A stretch of 56,882 nt of DNA from Patescibacteria group bacterium. GTDB lineage: Bacteria; Patescibacteriota; Microgenomatia; PFEM01; JBHPGO01. The stretch covers positions 1 through 56,882 of the forward strand of contig JBHPGO010000003.1 in the NCBI GenBank assembly GCA_042570465.1, given 5' to 3'. The notes under the pieces are model-generated. The model worked only from the letters and a program-made list of their open reading frames with translations, ran no database searches and was not told the DNA's origin. Below, piece after piece: positions 56,788 to 56,882 of the stretch. The position numbers and the translations under genes are program-made. How positions within the stretch are numbered: the stretch's first letter is position 1; every line of letters starts with the position of its first letter.

Positions 56788-56882
56788 TAAATGTTCAAAC
56801 CGTTCAAACCGTTCAAACCGTTCAAATCGTTTAAATTGTTTAAGGCGTTTGACAATGTTTAAATCGTTCAAATTGTTTAATT
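56788..56882. repeat. 9-mer tandem repeat array running to the window edge
   Basis: GTTCAAACC x3, GTTCAAATC, GTTTAAATT, GTTTAAGGC. Confidence 0.9.

Noticed and set aside
1-56882. UGA-to-Gly recoding (genetic code 25)
   Set aside because: Conserved genes are full length under code 11, and several end in TGA (pfkB, tpiA, dnaG, Fic).

Overview
Bacterial window under the standard genetic code, most likely Patescibacteria/CPR (Microgenomates-like). This is inferred from the CPR-type pilins, PP2C/propeller and PH-domain proteins, tRNA-Arg(GCG), archaeal-type TIM and many apparently leaderless promoters. Left part (1-16.2 kb): glycolysis/nucleotide-sugar operon (tpiA, LOG, pgk, gap, deoC, fba, pfkB), ArsR-NifU-IscS-IscU Fe-S genes, thioredoxins, AlkD and a four-helix-bundle gene. 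Middle (16.35-33.5 kb): an accessory island starting exactly at the 3' end of tRNA-Asn. It resolves into about 9-10 small cassettes (0.6-4 kb) joined at a shared (G)GAGC/AGC core with shuffled left and right half-sites. On the minus strand most junctions open an in-frame peptide resembling an alternative C-terminal tail of a large serine recombinase, and two recombinase 3' remnants are present. This is a candidate integron-like array built by a serine recombinase and is the main finding. Right part: P-type ATPase, rpoD, dnaG, a Ser/Arg tRNA cluster with partial tRNA-Ser copies whose T-loops carry CG-flanked double-hairpin insertions, two tRNA/tmRNA-linked GIY-YIG genes, comF, tmRNA, smpB, a SpoIID-like gene, pilins, uppS, an ECF sigma factor and a polyprenyl synthase. 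Intergenic DNA contains many palindromic 6-9-mer repeat arrays and a recurring structured-RNA candidate. All product calls come from motif recognition by eye; no database searches were run.
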